Shown in pieces: positions 52,275 to 64,000 of a stretch of 64,000 bases of DNA. A model generated the notes under the pieces. The model was not told the DNA's origin. It ran no database searches and saw only the letters and a list, made by a program, of their open reading frames with translations. The first letter of the stretch is position 1; the number at the start of each line of letters is the position of its first letter. The stretch spans positions 133,300,001 through 133,364,000 of the forward strand of contig NC_043001.1 in the NCBI RefSeq assembly GCF_006345805.1, written 5' to 3'. The DNA comes from Octopus sinensis (taxonomy: Eukaryota). A program made the position numbers and the translations under genes.

Positions 52275-52375
52275 TGAAACCAACGATTGAGATCATGAAT
52301 GAAACAGATTGTAAATACAATGTAACAGCAAAATGTTCTTTACCTGTGACACGTATAGAATGTTACCTTGGAAAG
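52275..52375 (+). CDS. Host gene coding exon 4: first half of Ig C2-like domain (VKPTIEIMNETDCKYNVTAKCSLPVTRIECYLGK)
   Basis: tattttacag| acceptor, AAG|gtaagt donor, 101 nt, phase 1-0. Confidence 0.8.
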
Positions 52376-53424
52376 GTAAGTAAACAGAATTCTTTTTATC
52401 TGTGTTCATCTTTCTACCATTAAGCTACTCAACTCTGGACTAAGGATTGGAATGTTTTATATTATTCAAACTATCTGGAACAAGCATAGGGACTTTAGTA
52501 AGATTTGAACCTATGACTATGTGGTCACTAGTCTAGCAGCCACTTAACTACACAGTCATTATTTTTTATTTCACAGGGTTGTTTTTTCTTCTTCTATGTT
52601 TTAATTTTGGATTAGATTTCAAGTTAATAAAACTGTAAAGATTTGCATGCAGGTGGAGTTTTAGCTTTCCTGTTGCCACGTGTTATTTTAAACAATTGGA
52701 AATTTCAGTTAGACTTACAAAAATTTTAGATTCATCTTTACTATGTGAATTATTTTAGCTACAAAAACTAATAATTTGCCACATAATTTTTGGCCTGTAT
52801 TATTATTATACGTATCAAAATTTTTTATCTACACAAAACCTAATAATTCTCTTTCCGTACTTCTGATTCTTACTGTGACAACAACAATGCATAAGCTGTA
52901 CTTTGTTATTTCATTTTAATTTCCCCTTTAGTAGCCTGACATTAACCTTTTTCTAACCTGAGTAGAGTAAATTTTGCAAGTTCAGATACTCATATGCTTA
53001 CCAGATTTACTTTGCATTGACACATCTGCTGTGAAATCAAAAATTTCTGGTATTTGTAGAAACTACAATGAGAGGTTCTAAGAGACAGTATAACCTAAAA
53101 TTAGTAGAGAATGTGCAAAAGCTTAATTGTGTGTTGTTTAGGAATGGTAAGGATGTTGTGTGTGTTTCCTTGATTCGTGTCATATTTGTTTTTCAGTATA
53201 GTGGAATAAAACTAAAATGTCAAACTCAAATTTCAGAATATCTCCAAGTCCTTTTAGTTAATGAAAGATATACTTTGACAAAGTCAACAAATTTTGTGTG
53301 ATGACACTTAATTGCAGAAGAAGATGTTTCTGGAATAAAAGTGTCATATGTTTAGAACTGTATTTGATGCCTGTTCTATCAACTTCAGACTGCATGTCTA
53401 TGCCCTTCCCTTAGACTATATTAT

Positions 53425-53598
53425 TCTTTTATTCTTTTATTTGTTTCAGTCATTTGAATGTGGCCATGCTGAAGCATCGCCTTTAGTCGAACAAATTGAC
53501 TCCAGGACTTATTCTTTGTAAGCCTGGTACTTATTCTGTCGGTCTCTTTCGCTGAACCATTAAGTTATGGGGACGTAAACACACCAACACCAGTTGTC
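53425..53598 (-). mobile_element. SINE A, 3' half
   Basis: Family motifs. Confidence 0.8.
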
Positions 53599-53818
53599 AC
53601 TCGAGTAAGTCATCCATGTAGGCCTTTCATGTGCCATAATGAGTTCTTGTCAGAGTATCTTTATATTGTATCAATTATGTTAACAAGTCAAGTAATTTTA
53701 TTAGAAATGAATTGAGAAATAAATATGGTAAAATAAATGCACTCCATAATGCTTTATAATGAAGATTTTAAAAATCATTCTCTCTCCTTCACTCTCTTTC
53801 TCTCTCTCTCTCTTTTAG

Positions 53819-53972
53819 GCTCTACAACCATTTATTTCAAACAAAACAGAAACTTGTCCGGATGGAAAAACTTACACATCCAGTGCTACATTAGAACCTC
53901 CTTCTGGGAATCTGAAATGCAGCTTTACTATCGACAGCATATTCAGTGCTGAACGAACTACAGAAGTTAATT
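53819..53972 (+). CDS. Host gene coding exon 5: second half of Ig C2-like domain (ALQPFISNKTETCPDGKTYTSSATLEPPSGNLKCSFTIDSIFSAERTTEVN)
   Basis: (ct)n-ttttag| acceptor, |gtgagg donor, 154 nt, phase 0-1; no stops. Confidence 0.8.
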
Positions 53973-54098
53973 GTGAGGGAATAATTTCATAAATTTTATA
54001 AATTCTATTGAAAATTGTTTAAAAATGTTCTTTATCTAAATATTTAATCTCTTTTTAAAAATTTTTTTTGGTTATATCCAACTTACTTCAAGTGTTTG

Positions 54099-54144
<46 letters not shown>

Positions 54145-56228
54145 GTGTGTGTGTGTGTGTGTTTGTGTGTGTGTGTCTGTGTGTGTGTGTGTGTGTATTA
54201 ATTCATAATTAACATGTTGTCCTAAATTGGGTGCTTCTGCAATTTGTGTCAACTCCTTAAAATCTTCCTTAAAACAAACCAAAGTGGTCCCACTATCATG
54301 CCCTTGTATCATAGCCTTCTATAGCCCTCTGTCTCATTATCCAGCCACCCATAGTTGGATTTATAGAGGGGCAGAAGGGGAAATTGTCTCAAACATCGAC
54401 AATATTTCAGCCCCCACCCTTGCAACATGTGATGAGTCTTCTGTACAGACAGGCCCCCACCATTTCCAAATAACCTTGCATGAACAGGGCCTCCTCCAAT
54501 ATGCAAACAAATATCCACTTCTTAAAAATAACACTGTTTCTCCACTTTAGCAACAACGGTTTACTCAATTAAAATACAAGCTTATTTACCCAGTCCAGAC
54601 CACTAATTTTCAACTATCTCTGTTAAACATTAGTTGTTATTCCTAGTTGTAAATTGGTGAATTTTAAAAATTGGAAAAATGTCAAAACAAAAAAAAAAAT
54701 AATAAGTTCAAGGATCATCAATAACAAACAACAACATGCCTTAATTGTGATCCAAAATATTCTTAGAAAGAAGTGAAAAAATGCTGCTGTATTGGCAAAG
54801 ACAAACTGCCCAACAGAATTTTTCTTTGCTTTGAAGAAGGAAAACTTGGAAGCTGATGAAGAATCAGAAACAATAAATATAATTGAATTTAATATATATA
54901 TGCCTTCCCATATAGACGTAATAAACACATGTATCCCATACACACATACTCACACAAGCATAAATGCATATACACACATATTCATATACATGCATGAATA
55001 TGCAAAACTGACACTTTCATACTACACCATATCATACTCATCATCGTCTTAGTATGAATGCTTGTTTGGTGATTATTAACCCTCTCAGCATAAAATGATG
55101 ATCAATAAAAGAGTGTGTATATTGCTAAGCAATCTACTAGGAGTCATAATCAGCAGCAGCAGCAGCATTTACCATCCACACTCTTATGCTTGCATGAGTT
55201 AGATGTAGGATATCTGAGGCAGATTTTCTACAGCCAAATGCCTTTCTTGTCACCATTCACAACTGTTTCCAGGCAAGGTAATTATTGCCCTAAGAATATT
55301 GGAAATGAATGATGATGCTTGCATGATAGTGTCAATCATTGACCATTACCACATGATTTTTAAGGTCAAGGAGACTTTTGAGAAAGTTACTGCACTCCCA
55401 AATACATCTGCAGAAATTAGGAGTAATATATCAGCTCAAAATATTGATGATGAAGTATCATTGCCTCCTACAGACAAAGCTAGTGAAGAGCTATTCTGAG
55501 ATCAAGATCCAGCCATGTGGCTTTCTGTTCATGAAAAAAAAAATGAACAGCATTTGAGAAAGTGGCTCCTGTACAACCCATGAAGCAATGCATTTTATTG
55601 CTTTTACTGTACACTGATATCAAGCAGATGTAACTGTTTTTGTAGCAAGGATAGATTTAATGACTGGAAAAAAAGGAGAGGAGAAGATAGAAACACACAA
55701 ACAAAGCTGAGGTGCTGTTGTGGCTGTGTCAGTTTTTCTAGGCAAGAAAGGCCTGTCATTTGGAGGTAGTGGAGGGATCATACGATCTTAGCAAAATAGG
55801 ATTTTTTTAGGAAACATGGAACTTATTGCACAATTCCATACATTCCTTATGGGTTACTTGAAAGCATTTGACCATCCTGGAAGCGGTAAGCAGTCATGCT
55901 TATCACCTACCATCTACAAAGAAAATGTTCTGTTGATGGCAGAATACATAAATCATATAGTAGCAGAACTTAAAACTACCATATATTTCTCAGTTTTTGT
56001 AGATTCAGCACCAGACCAGGCTCATGTTAAACATCTAACAGCTATTGTGTGTTATGTTATTTCTGGGGAGTCAATAGAAAGTTTTTAACTTTCCTGCAGA
56101 CTGGTTCTCAAAAAACTGAAGTACTGGCTAAATCTTTGTTAGAATTTCTTTAAAAATAGGATATAAATTTGAAAACTACAGAAGCAGTCCTATGACGAAT
56201 CCAGTAATACGTCAAGTTACTACACAGG

Positions 56229-56605
56229 AATGTGGAAGCGCAATGGCCCAGTGGTTAGGGCAGCGGACTCGCGGTTTCGATTCCCAGACCGAGCGTTGTG
56301 AGTATTTATTGAGCGAAAACACCCTTAAGCTCCACGAGGCTCCAGCAGGGGATGGTGGTGATCCCTGCTGTACTCTTTCACCACAACTTTCTCTCACTCT
56401 TACTTCCTGTTTCTGTTGTACCTGTATTTCAAAGGGCCAGCCTTGTCACTCTCTGTGTCACACTGAATATCCCTGAGAACTTCGTTAAGGGTACACGTGT
56501 CTGTGGAGTGCTCAGCTACTTACACGTTAATTTCACGAGCAGGCTGTTCCGTTGATTCGGATCAACCGGAACCCTCGTCGTCGTAACCGACGGAGTGCTT
56601 CCATC
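56229..56605 (+). mobile_element. SINE B
   Basis: Family motifs. Confidence 0.9.
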
Positions 56606-57799
56606 CATTGCCTCCTACAGACATAGCTAGTGAAGAGCTATTTTGAGATCTAGATCCAGCCATGTGGCTTTCTGTTCATGGAAAAAAAAAATGAACAGCA
56701 TTTGAGAAAGTGGCTCCTGTACAGCCCATCTAGCAATGCATTTTATTGCTTTTACTGTACACTGATATCAAGCAGATGTAACTGTTTTTGTAGCAAGGAT
56801 AGATTTAATGACTGGAAAAAAAGGAGAGGAGAAGATAGAAACACACAAACAAAGCTGAGGTGCTGTTGTGGTTGTGTCAGTTTTTCTAGGCAAGAAATTT
56901 TCTAGCTCTAATTCTGCCCATTACAATATCATTCTATCTCTCTCTGTAATTACTACTACTAAACAATGAAGAGGACACATACACAAACTTTACTTCACAT
57001 GCTTTTGGATGTATCAAAACCTGCCCGTTGAGGCAAGGTATTTGTAACATAACGGTGAATAAATACTTTCTTAAAAGTTTATACATTGTGCATCCTTCAC
57101 ATCTTACAACTTGCCATCCTTCAGTATGCAATCATAATAACAACAAACTCTTATTGTTACAAAACATTATTGTTACAGCTGCTGAAACTGACCGACATTA
57201 TCATAATATTGTTTACTAATCAATCAAAACCGTTACAATTGGTGACCCCGTAAAAATAGAATCGCTGCCTTCTGAAACAGCATTACCAGCAGTTACAACA
57301 GGCGACCTCGAGACAAAGAATCGATGCCTTTGAAGCTGCATTACCAACAACTTGGTGAACCCATGTAAAGAGAATTACTACTTTTCGATGCTACATACCG
57401 CTGCATGAATGACAACCTCTGTCACCACCAAGATGCACCCTCCTTCGACCTGCTACAAAGAGCACTATACTGCAATGCAATCTACGATGCACTTCACAAC
57501 AATGCAACACAGCCGATGCACAAGGGATTCGCCTACATGTCCAGAAACTAACTGGAAGAAAATGAGGAGGCCCACACATGCAACCTTTTTGGCACACACA
57601 CACACTTTTTGTCTTGTCCTGACGTACAAACCCGGCATTGTCTATGAACTTTTACACATACATATCTTTTTCTTTGCATGCACATCGTTTCACTTTCAGC
57701 AGTAGACTTTTAACAAAAGACATTATTTTCATATAAGTTCGTTATTTTTGCTTATTTTATTGTTCTATTTGCCCTGCACACTTTCATTTGTTTACGAGT

Positions 57800-58183
57800 C
57801 ACACATTCTGTGATACACACATATTCCACGATGCACACATTCCGCAATGCACACATTCCGCGATGCACACATTCCACGATGCACACATTCCACGATGCAC
57901 ACATTCCATGAAGCACACATTCCGCGATGCACACATTCCACGATGCACACATTCCGCGATGCATACATTCCATGAAGCACACATTCCGCGATGCACACAT
58001 TCCACGATGCACACATTCCGCGATGCATACATTCCATGAAGCACACATTCCGCGATGCACACATTCCGCGATGCATACATTCCATGAAGCACACATTCCG
58101 CGATGCACACATTCCGCGATGCATACATTCCACGAAGCACATATTCTGCAATGCACACATTCCGCGATGCACAAATTCTACGA
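57800..58183. repeat. 16-bp minisatellite (gcacacattccrcgat)n, ~24 units
   Basis: Direct reading. Confidence 0.95.
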
Positions 58184-59364
58184 CAACTCGTTTCACTAAA
58201 ACAGCTAAATTCATGTGCATATCTTTTTGACTGTTCTTTATTATTATTCATATTTTGCATGTACTTTTTATTGTTCACTTTGAAAATACCTGTATTGTTG
58301 CATACAATACACCTTTCCTCACAGCCTGGCCTTGCACACACATCTGCATACTTTGTTCATACACACACAAATGCTATCTCTGTTGCATTCATGCACCACA
58401 CATGCCTTTCTCGCTTGCTTTCCATACTCAATGCGCCCTCGTAGACACAACTCATCTCTGTAAGACCCTAGGTCGGTCACACACACATAGAGAAGCCTGT
58501 TTGTCTCTTATGATGCGCCAGCATGTCACCCTTTCACTCCTGCACGATCGAGGCATATAATACCTCATGCACCAGCTGGCGGCCTCAGCCTTACTGCATT
58601 AATCAATGGCATATTCAATGCTGTACACTGTATTTGTAATCAATGCATTAGCCTCAGCCTTGCAACCTCTATTGCACTCATGCACATGCAACTCTATTAT
58701 GCATCTACTGCCTTATTTTGCAACACGTCTGCTTCAGCTCAATTCTTCTCCCGACTCGAAGCATGTCGGATGATCACATGCTCTGCACTCATGTTTAGAC
58801 ATAATTTCCCCCTGTTAGGCCCCCGTTTGGTCACATAATTAACAGAGAAAATTATCTGTCTCGCACGTCACTCCAGCATGCTCTACTGTCGCCCTTACTA
58901 ACTCAGCAATTAACTATGACAACAGCACCAGATGCATTTCACCTTCAAGGCATTTCAAACACTGCAACCCTGCAGGAAGATCTTTCATATCATGGATTGA
59001 GAATGCACTCACTCGCTCATCTCAGCTTATTTTACAGTCTATTTTGAAACGTGCACCTGCACTCTTGCATATGCCCTCACATGCACACATGCGCTCATTT
59101 GTCACTGACTGCACACATTTTGGCATGCAAAGCGACACCGCTATTCGAACTAATCCGAATAGAAATCTGTCCCGTATACACTTCAACGATCCTCTCTCCT
59201 GATATGCAAAATTTCTCCTTTACTATGCATTTCTTTGTCTCCTTCGATCGTTCGCTTCCTCTCCACGAAGCTCACTGGCAAGGGGAGTGTTGTAGTGAAT
59301 CTTGCATGCATGAAGTGGATTTGATCCACCATAGCCAAATTTAAATTAACACGACAGGCACCCG

Positions 59365-59732
59365 TGCCAACCCCCTTTACTTGTGAAGACATGTTGGGGC
59401 AAGTGAAATCGAAATCGAAATCGAACCAAACCTATGACTGGCACCCGGCAGATGCCAGGACCCCTGGACTGGTGGTACGTAAAAAGCACCAATCCGACCA
59501 TGGCCGTTGCCAGCCTCGCCTGGCACCTGTGCGGGTGGCACGTAAAAAGCACCCACTACACTCACGGAGTGGTTGGCGTTAGGAAGGGCATCCAGCTGTA
59601 GAAACATTGCCAGATAAGACTGGAGCCTGGTGCAGCCTTCTGGCTTCCCAGATCCCCGGTCGAACCGTCCAACCCATGCTAGCATGGAGAACGGACGTTA
59701 AACGATGATGATGATGATGATGATGATGATGA
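59365..59732 (+). mobile_element. Family D inserted in the 3' LTR
   Basis: D modules and (TGA)n tail. Confidence 0.85.
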
Positions 59733-59977
59733 CTGCTACAGAACTTTTCCCACACTGTGCATCCTTCACATCTTACAACTTGCCATCCTTCAGTATGCAA
59801 TCATAATAACAACAAACACTTATCGTTACAAAACATTATCGTTACAACTGCTGAAACTGACATTATCATAATATTGTGTTGCTAATCAATTAAAACCGTT
59901 ACACAGAGATAAGAACTAAAGCTAAGAAACTCATCACCATTTCTCTCTGATTTTAATAATGTGTATATAGATAAAAT

Positions 59978-60290
59978 TGTGGAGGTGCAATGGCCTAGTG
60001 GTTAGGGCAGCGGACTCGCAGTCGCAGGATCACGGTTTCGATTCCCAGACCGTGCGCTGTGTGTGTTTATTGAGAGAAAACACCTAAAAGCTCCATGAGG
60101 CTCCGGCAGGGGGTGGTGATCCCTGCTGTACTCTTTCACCACTCTTTCTCTCACTCTTTCTTCTGTTGACCTGCTCGCTTAGCCAGCGGGGTGGCATCAT
60201 TCGAAGGCTAAAACAATGCGAACGCATTGTGACCAGCGATGTGTAGCAACATCTGATGGTCTGGTCAGTCATGTGATCACGTGATATAGA
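59978..60290 (+). mobile_element. SINE with B head and a third alternative tail
   Basis: Head as B; diverges after ctctttcaccac..ctctcactct. Confidence 0.75.
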
Positions 60291-60582
60291 TAAAATTATA
60301 ACTTGCAGCCTTATAATTTGTAAGCTCATGTCCTGTTTCACTCTGTCTCAACTGGAACCTTTAATTCATGATGAAAAGCTTGCTGAAAACTTTCCAAGTG
60401 TTGATGTAGCTCTTGGAATATATTTGATTTTGATGGTCACTAGTTGTTCAGGAAAGAGGTTATTCAGTAAATTGGGGCTGATTAAGAATTCTTAATCGTC
60501 CAACTGAGAACCACAATAACACATGAAAGACTAAAGGCCCTGTACCTTTTGGATGCAGAGTGCAATGTTCTAAAATGATACA

Positions 60583-60781
60583 TCATCATCATCATCATCA
60601 TCGTTTAACGTCCGTTCTCCATGCTAGCATGGGTTGGACGGTTCGACCGGGGTCTGGGAAGCCAGGGGCTGCACCAGGCTCCAGTCTGATCTGGCAGAGT
60701 TTCAACGGCTGGATGCCCTTCCTAACGCCAACCACTCCGTGAGTGTAGTGGGTGCTTTTTACGTGCCACCTGCACAGGTGT
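60583..60781 (-). mobile_element. Family D
   Basis: Family motifs. Confidence 0.9.
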
Positions 60782-61549
60782 TTAAGGAAATCATTAAAGA
60801 TTTTCCAGATGCAAAGTGTTGAAAGAAAGACTTTTTGCAGGTATTGTAGCAGTATGTAGTGGTAAAATAGTAAAACTGTACTTAGTTTAGATGATAAATT
60901 TTGCATTGACAGATACATTTAAACTTTTAATATGCCAACTAGACAATTTCATTTGCACACAATTGATGGGTGTTGAGATGTAAGTTTGGTGATTTGTCAT
61001 AGATTTTTATTGTTGTGTATGAGGATCCTACCAAACTTGAAGTAACCTGGGACCCTGCTAGGTTTAAATTTAGGCCTGCATCTACCCACTGTAGTCTACT
61101 GTAGTTCCTTACCACTTTACCTTTCCACAGCTCTCTGCTTCATTAGTTTTCTAACCACTGTTAACGTTGCATTAGATCCTCACTATAATACCTTTCTACA
61201 ACCTTTTACCCCATTTACCAACAACTGACTGTTAGCCTACCATAGTTCATATCCACAATACTTTTTCACATCATTAGTCTATTTCGGTCATCCTCTTCAA
61301 ACCATCCACCACAGACTTCTAATACCACTGCAATAGTACCTACCCCTTTTAACTTGTTGTGTACTAGCTACTCTTAATTAAACTACTCAATTCACTTGTC
61401 CCTTGTCTTCCTTTTGACTTTATATACTATATTCAGCACATTACCCAATCATTTCTCTCATAAATGCAACAATCTGGTATCCTACGTTTCCATATTTTCC
61501 ACTCAAAGCTTATAATACAAAGTTTTTCATTTCATTGGTGTCTTTGCAG

Positions 61550-61815
61550 GTAACATTCCATCTGCTACAACATCAGATTTCTACACATCTGTGTACATTG
61601 AAAGTTCATCAATTAATGATAATGTCAATACAACTGAAATTAATGATAATGTCAATACAACAAAATCTTTTGTAGGTCGCCTTTCACAGTCAACAATATT
61701 ACAATCAACACCAACCACTACAAAAGAATCTTCAGCAGATGGTAAAACTAAACAAATAAATTGCATCAGTATTATCATTGCGGTTCTTATTATTATTGGT
61801 GTCGTGGACACCTAA
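61550..61815 (+). CDS. Host gene terminal coding exon: Ser/Thr-rich stalk plus hydrophobic C-terminal GPI-type signal (..ESSADGKTKQINCISIIIAVLIIIGVVDT*)
   Basis: tctttgcag| acceptor, phase 1, 266 nt to TAA; in frame with track ORF 61591-61815. Confidence 0.8.
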
Positions 61816-61874
61816 AAATATTCCTACGTGCAAAAAAGGTATTTTGTGATTTCTTAAAATTTCATTTTGAGTCT

Positions 61875-62146
61875 GGAAGGTGTTTATAAGCCATTTAAGA
61901 AACACACAAAAGCCGTTCGATTCACTTCAACATTTAAGTTTAATTTGTCAAAATATTTTCGTCGCTAAAATCCACGACCTGTTCACTGACAAAAATCCGT
62001 GCTGCATCACGGATGCAGCACGGATTTTTGTCAGAGAACAGGTCGCGGTCTTATAGCGATGAAAATATTTTCACAAATTAAACTTAAATGTTGAAGTGAA
62101 TCGAACGGCTTTTGTGTGTTTCTTAAATGGCTTACAAACACCTTCC
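61875..62146. repeat. 272-bp near-perfect palindrome (MITE-like foldback) just downstream of the host stop codon
   Basis: Arms 61875-62008 and 62012-62146 are reverse complements around a 3-nt loop (acg). Confidence 0.95.
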
Positions 62147-62399
62147 TCGCTGCAATTGTTTTCATTTCAGCACACGATCTCAGATCAAATTAATTGCTAT
62201 GCGAGTACATCTCCGTAACATTTTGAGTCTGTTAAGTGCAATTGTAGATTTTGCTATATCCTTTGAGTTAGCATAACTGGCTTTAGTGTAAATTGACCCA
62301 GTGTTTTATATGTGTGGATATGTATTTTCTGAAATATTGTTCTCTATAAGATGTACCCTCTATAAGATGTACCCAGTGTAAGCTATGGACACATAAGAG

Positions 62400-63650
62400 G
62401 TGCAGTAATATCAAAGGAAGGCTAACCGGGAAGATAGTTTCTGTATGTAGCAGATGCTCGGGAGCAATGAACACTGAAAACTTCTGCCACATTCCGGGGA
62501 GAAAAACTAGAAGTAGTTGATAGCTTCTGTTACCTAGGTGACCAAGTCAGTAGCGGGGGAGGGTGCGCTGAAAGTGTAGCTGCTAGAATAAGAATAGCCT
62601 GGGCAAAGTTCAGAGAGCTCTTACCTCTGCTGGTGACAAAGGGCCTCTCGCTCAGAGTAAAAAGTAGACTGTATGACACGTGTGTACAAACAGCCATGGT
62701 ACATGGCAGTGAAACATGGGCTGTGACTACCGAAGACATGCATAAGCTTGCAAGGAATGAAGCCAGTATGATCCAATGGATGTGTAATGTCAGTGTGTAA
62801 GTACCTTGAGAGAAAAGTTGGACCTAAGAAGCATAAGATGTGGTGTGCAAGAGAGAAGACTGCGCTGGTATCGTCATGTGGCGAGAATGGATAAGGATAG
62901 CTGTGTGAAAAAGTGCTACACCCTAGCAGTTGAGGGAACCTGTGGAAGAAGTAGACCCAGGAAGACCAGGGATGAAGTGGTGAAGTACGACCTTCAAACT
63001 TTAGGCCTCACCAAGGAAATGACTAGTGACCAAGACTTTTGGAAATATGCTGTGCTTGAGAAGACCCGGCAAGCCAAATGAGACCATAACCTTGTGGCCT
63101 ATGCCAGGAGCATAACTAGCTCACTTATACATACCTTTTCTTTCTTTGGTCACTAAACTCTGCTTGCGAAGACCTGTTGAGGCAAGTGAAATCAAAATCA
63201 AATTCATGACTGGCATCCGTGCTAGCGGGGTGCAAAGAGCACCATACGAGTGTGATCATTGATAGAGTAGCTAACCAGCTTCCATGCTAGAAGCACATAA
63301 AAGGCACTAATCGAGTGTGATCGTTACCACCATCGCCTTACTGGCACTTGTGTCCATGCTAGTAGGGTGCCAAGAGCACCATCCGAGCGGGATCGTTGCC
63401 AGAGCTACTAACAGGCTTCCGTGCTGGTGGCACGTAAAAGGCATCTTTCGAGTGTGATCGTTACCAGTGTCTCCTTACTGGCACCTGTGCAGGTGGCATG
63501 TGTAAAAAAGATTCGAGCGAGGTCGTTGCCAGTACCGCCTGACTGGCCTCCATGCCGGTGGCATGTAAAAGGCACCCACTACACTCTCGGAGTGGTTGGC
63601 GTTAGGAAGGGCATCCAGCTGTAGAAACTCTGCCAGATCAAGATTGGAGC
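62400..63650 (+). mobile_element. RTE LINE 3' ORF fragment continuous with its long 3'UTR, which is family D
   Basis: LEVVDSFCYLGD..HGSETW..RRLRWYRHVARM..GRSRPRKT then D modules. Confidence 0.9.
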
Positions 63651-64000
63651 TTTATCCTTCGACAATGACAAGTCTCTAACTAAATCATTTAACTCTCCTT
63701 GAGAAAATTGCTGTGGTACATCTTCATTTTCAATCGTGAAATCTGCATCCTCTTCGGTGTCTTCCACAGCAGTTGTTTTTTATTCAAGAAATTCATCTTT
63801 GTCAGACATCTGAAGGCCATTTTCTGGTGATATTGGAATAGGATGATCATCGTCGTTGTGTGGTACTGGTCTTCTTGCTGATTCCAAGTTGGGATACACA
63901 ATCTTATGCTTGATCTTTACAGTAAATCCACATACATTAATGTTGCAAAAATAACAGTCCATGAAATGATCCTTTGGCTCTCTCCATATCATAGGTATTG
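63650..64000 (-). pseudogene. DNA transposase fragment, Chapaev/CMC-like (runs off window end)
   Basis: MIWREPKDHFMDCYFC..YPNLESARRPVPH..FSQGELNDLVRDLSLSK; superfamily assignment from recalled motif. Confidence 0.6.

Larger units (their letters stand above)
57085..59903 (+). mobile_element. Non-coding LTR element with tRNA-Trp PBS and PPT
   Basis: ~155-bp direct repeats ending ..ccgttaca at 57237 and 59903; PBS tggtgaccccg 57240-57250; PPT aaggggag 59280-59287 before tgtagtg. Confidence 0.7.
55400..60900 (+). mobile_element. hAT transposase fossil split by nested insertions
   Basis: KWLLYSPSSNAFYCFYC..FNDWKK (TTF-like Zn finger); YFSVFVDSAPD (55816-56088); FPSVDVALGIYLILMVTSCSGKRLFSKL (dimerisation domain, ~60390-60480). 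Confidence 0.75.

Noticed and set aside
57752-58341. Cys/His-rich repetitive ORFs resembling metal-binding proteins; CRISPR-like look
   Set aside because: Contiguous 16-bp tandem units with no unique spacers, open in many frames on both strands; eukaryotic context with no cas genes
54350-61078. Possible hAT termini (ggatttatagagggg near 54356; taaatttaggcctg near 61065)
   Set aside because: Too degenerate to call TIRs and no 8-bp TSD found

Overview
AT-rich, repeat-saturated animal genomic DNA, most likely Octopus (inferred from the SINE/LINE repertoire and microsatellite load, not verified by search). Almost all long ORFs in the supplied track come from microsatellites or decayed transposons. 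One host gene can be assembled by hand from six phase-compatible GT-AG exons over 42 kb on the + strand (19598-19634, 34331-34372, 38781-39029, 52275-52375, 53819-53972, 61550-61815; 849 nt, 282 aa). It encodes a signal peptide, an Ig-like domain lacking the canonical disulfide, a six-Cys Ig C2-like domain, a Ser/Thr stalk and a GPI-type C-terminal signal, and a 272-bp near-perfect hairpin starts 60 nt after the stop. The rest is a nested mobilome: tRNA-derived SINE families (called A, B and C here), RTE, CR1-like and R4/Dong LINEs, Helitrons, Gypsy pieces, and mariner, hAT and Chapaev-like fossils plus MITEs. The most unusual items are a (TAA)n-targeted ~555-bp non-tRNA retroposon next to (TAA)n-flanked R4/Dong LINEs, an ORF1-only retroposon sharing a SINE tail, a Gypsy element with inverted LTRs, a Penelope-type minimal hammerhead motif, and a 749-bp composite retroposon with a 12-bp target-site duplication (TSD). 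Repeat boundaries are approximate unless a TSD, terminal inverted repeat (TIR) or terminus is quoted.
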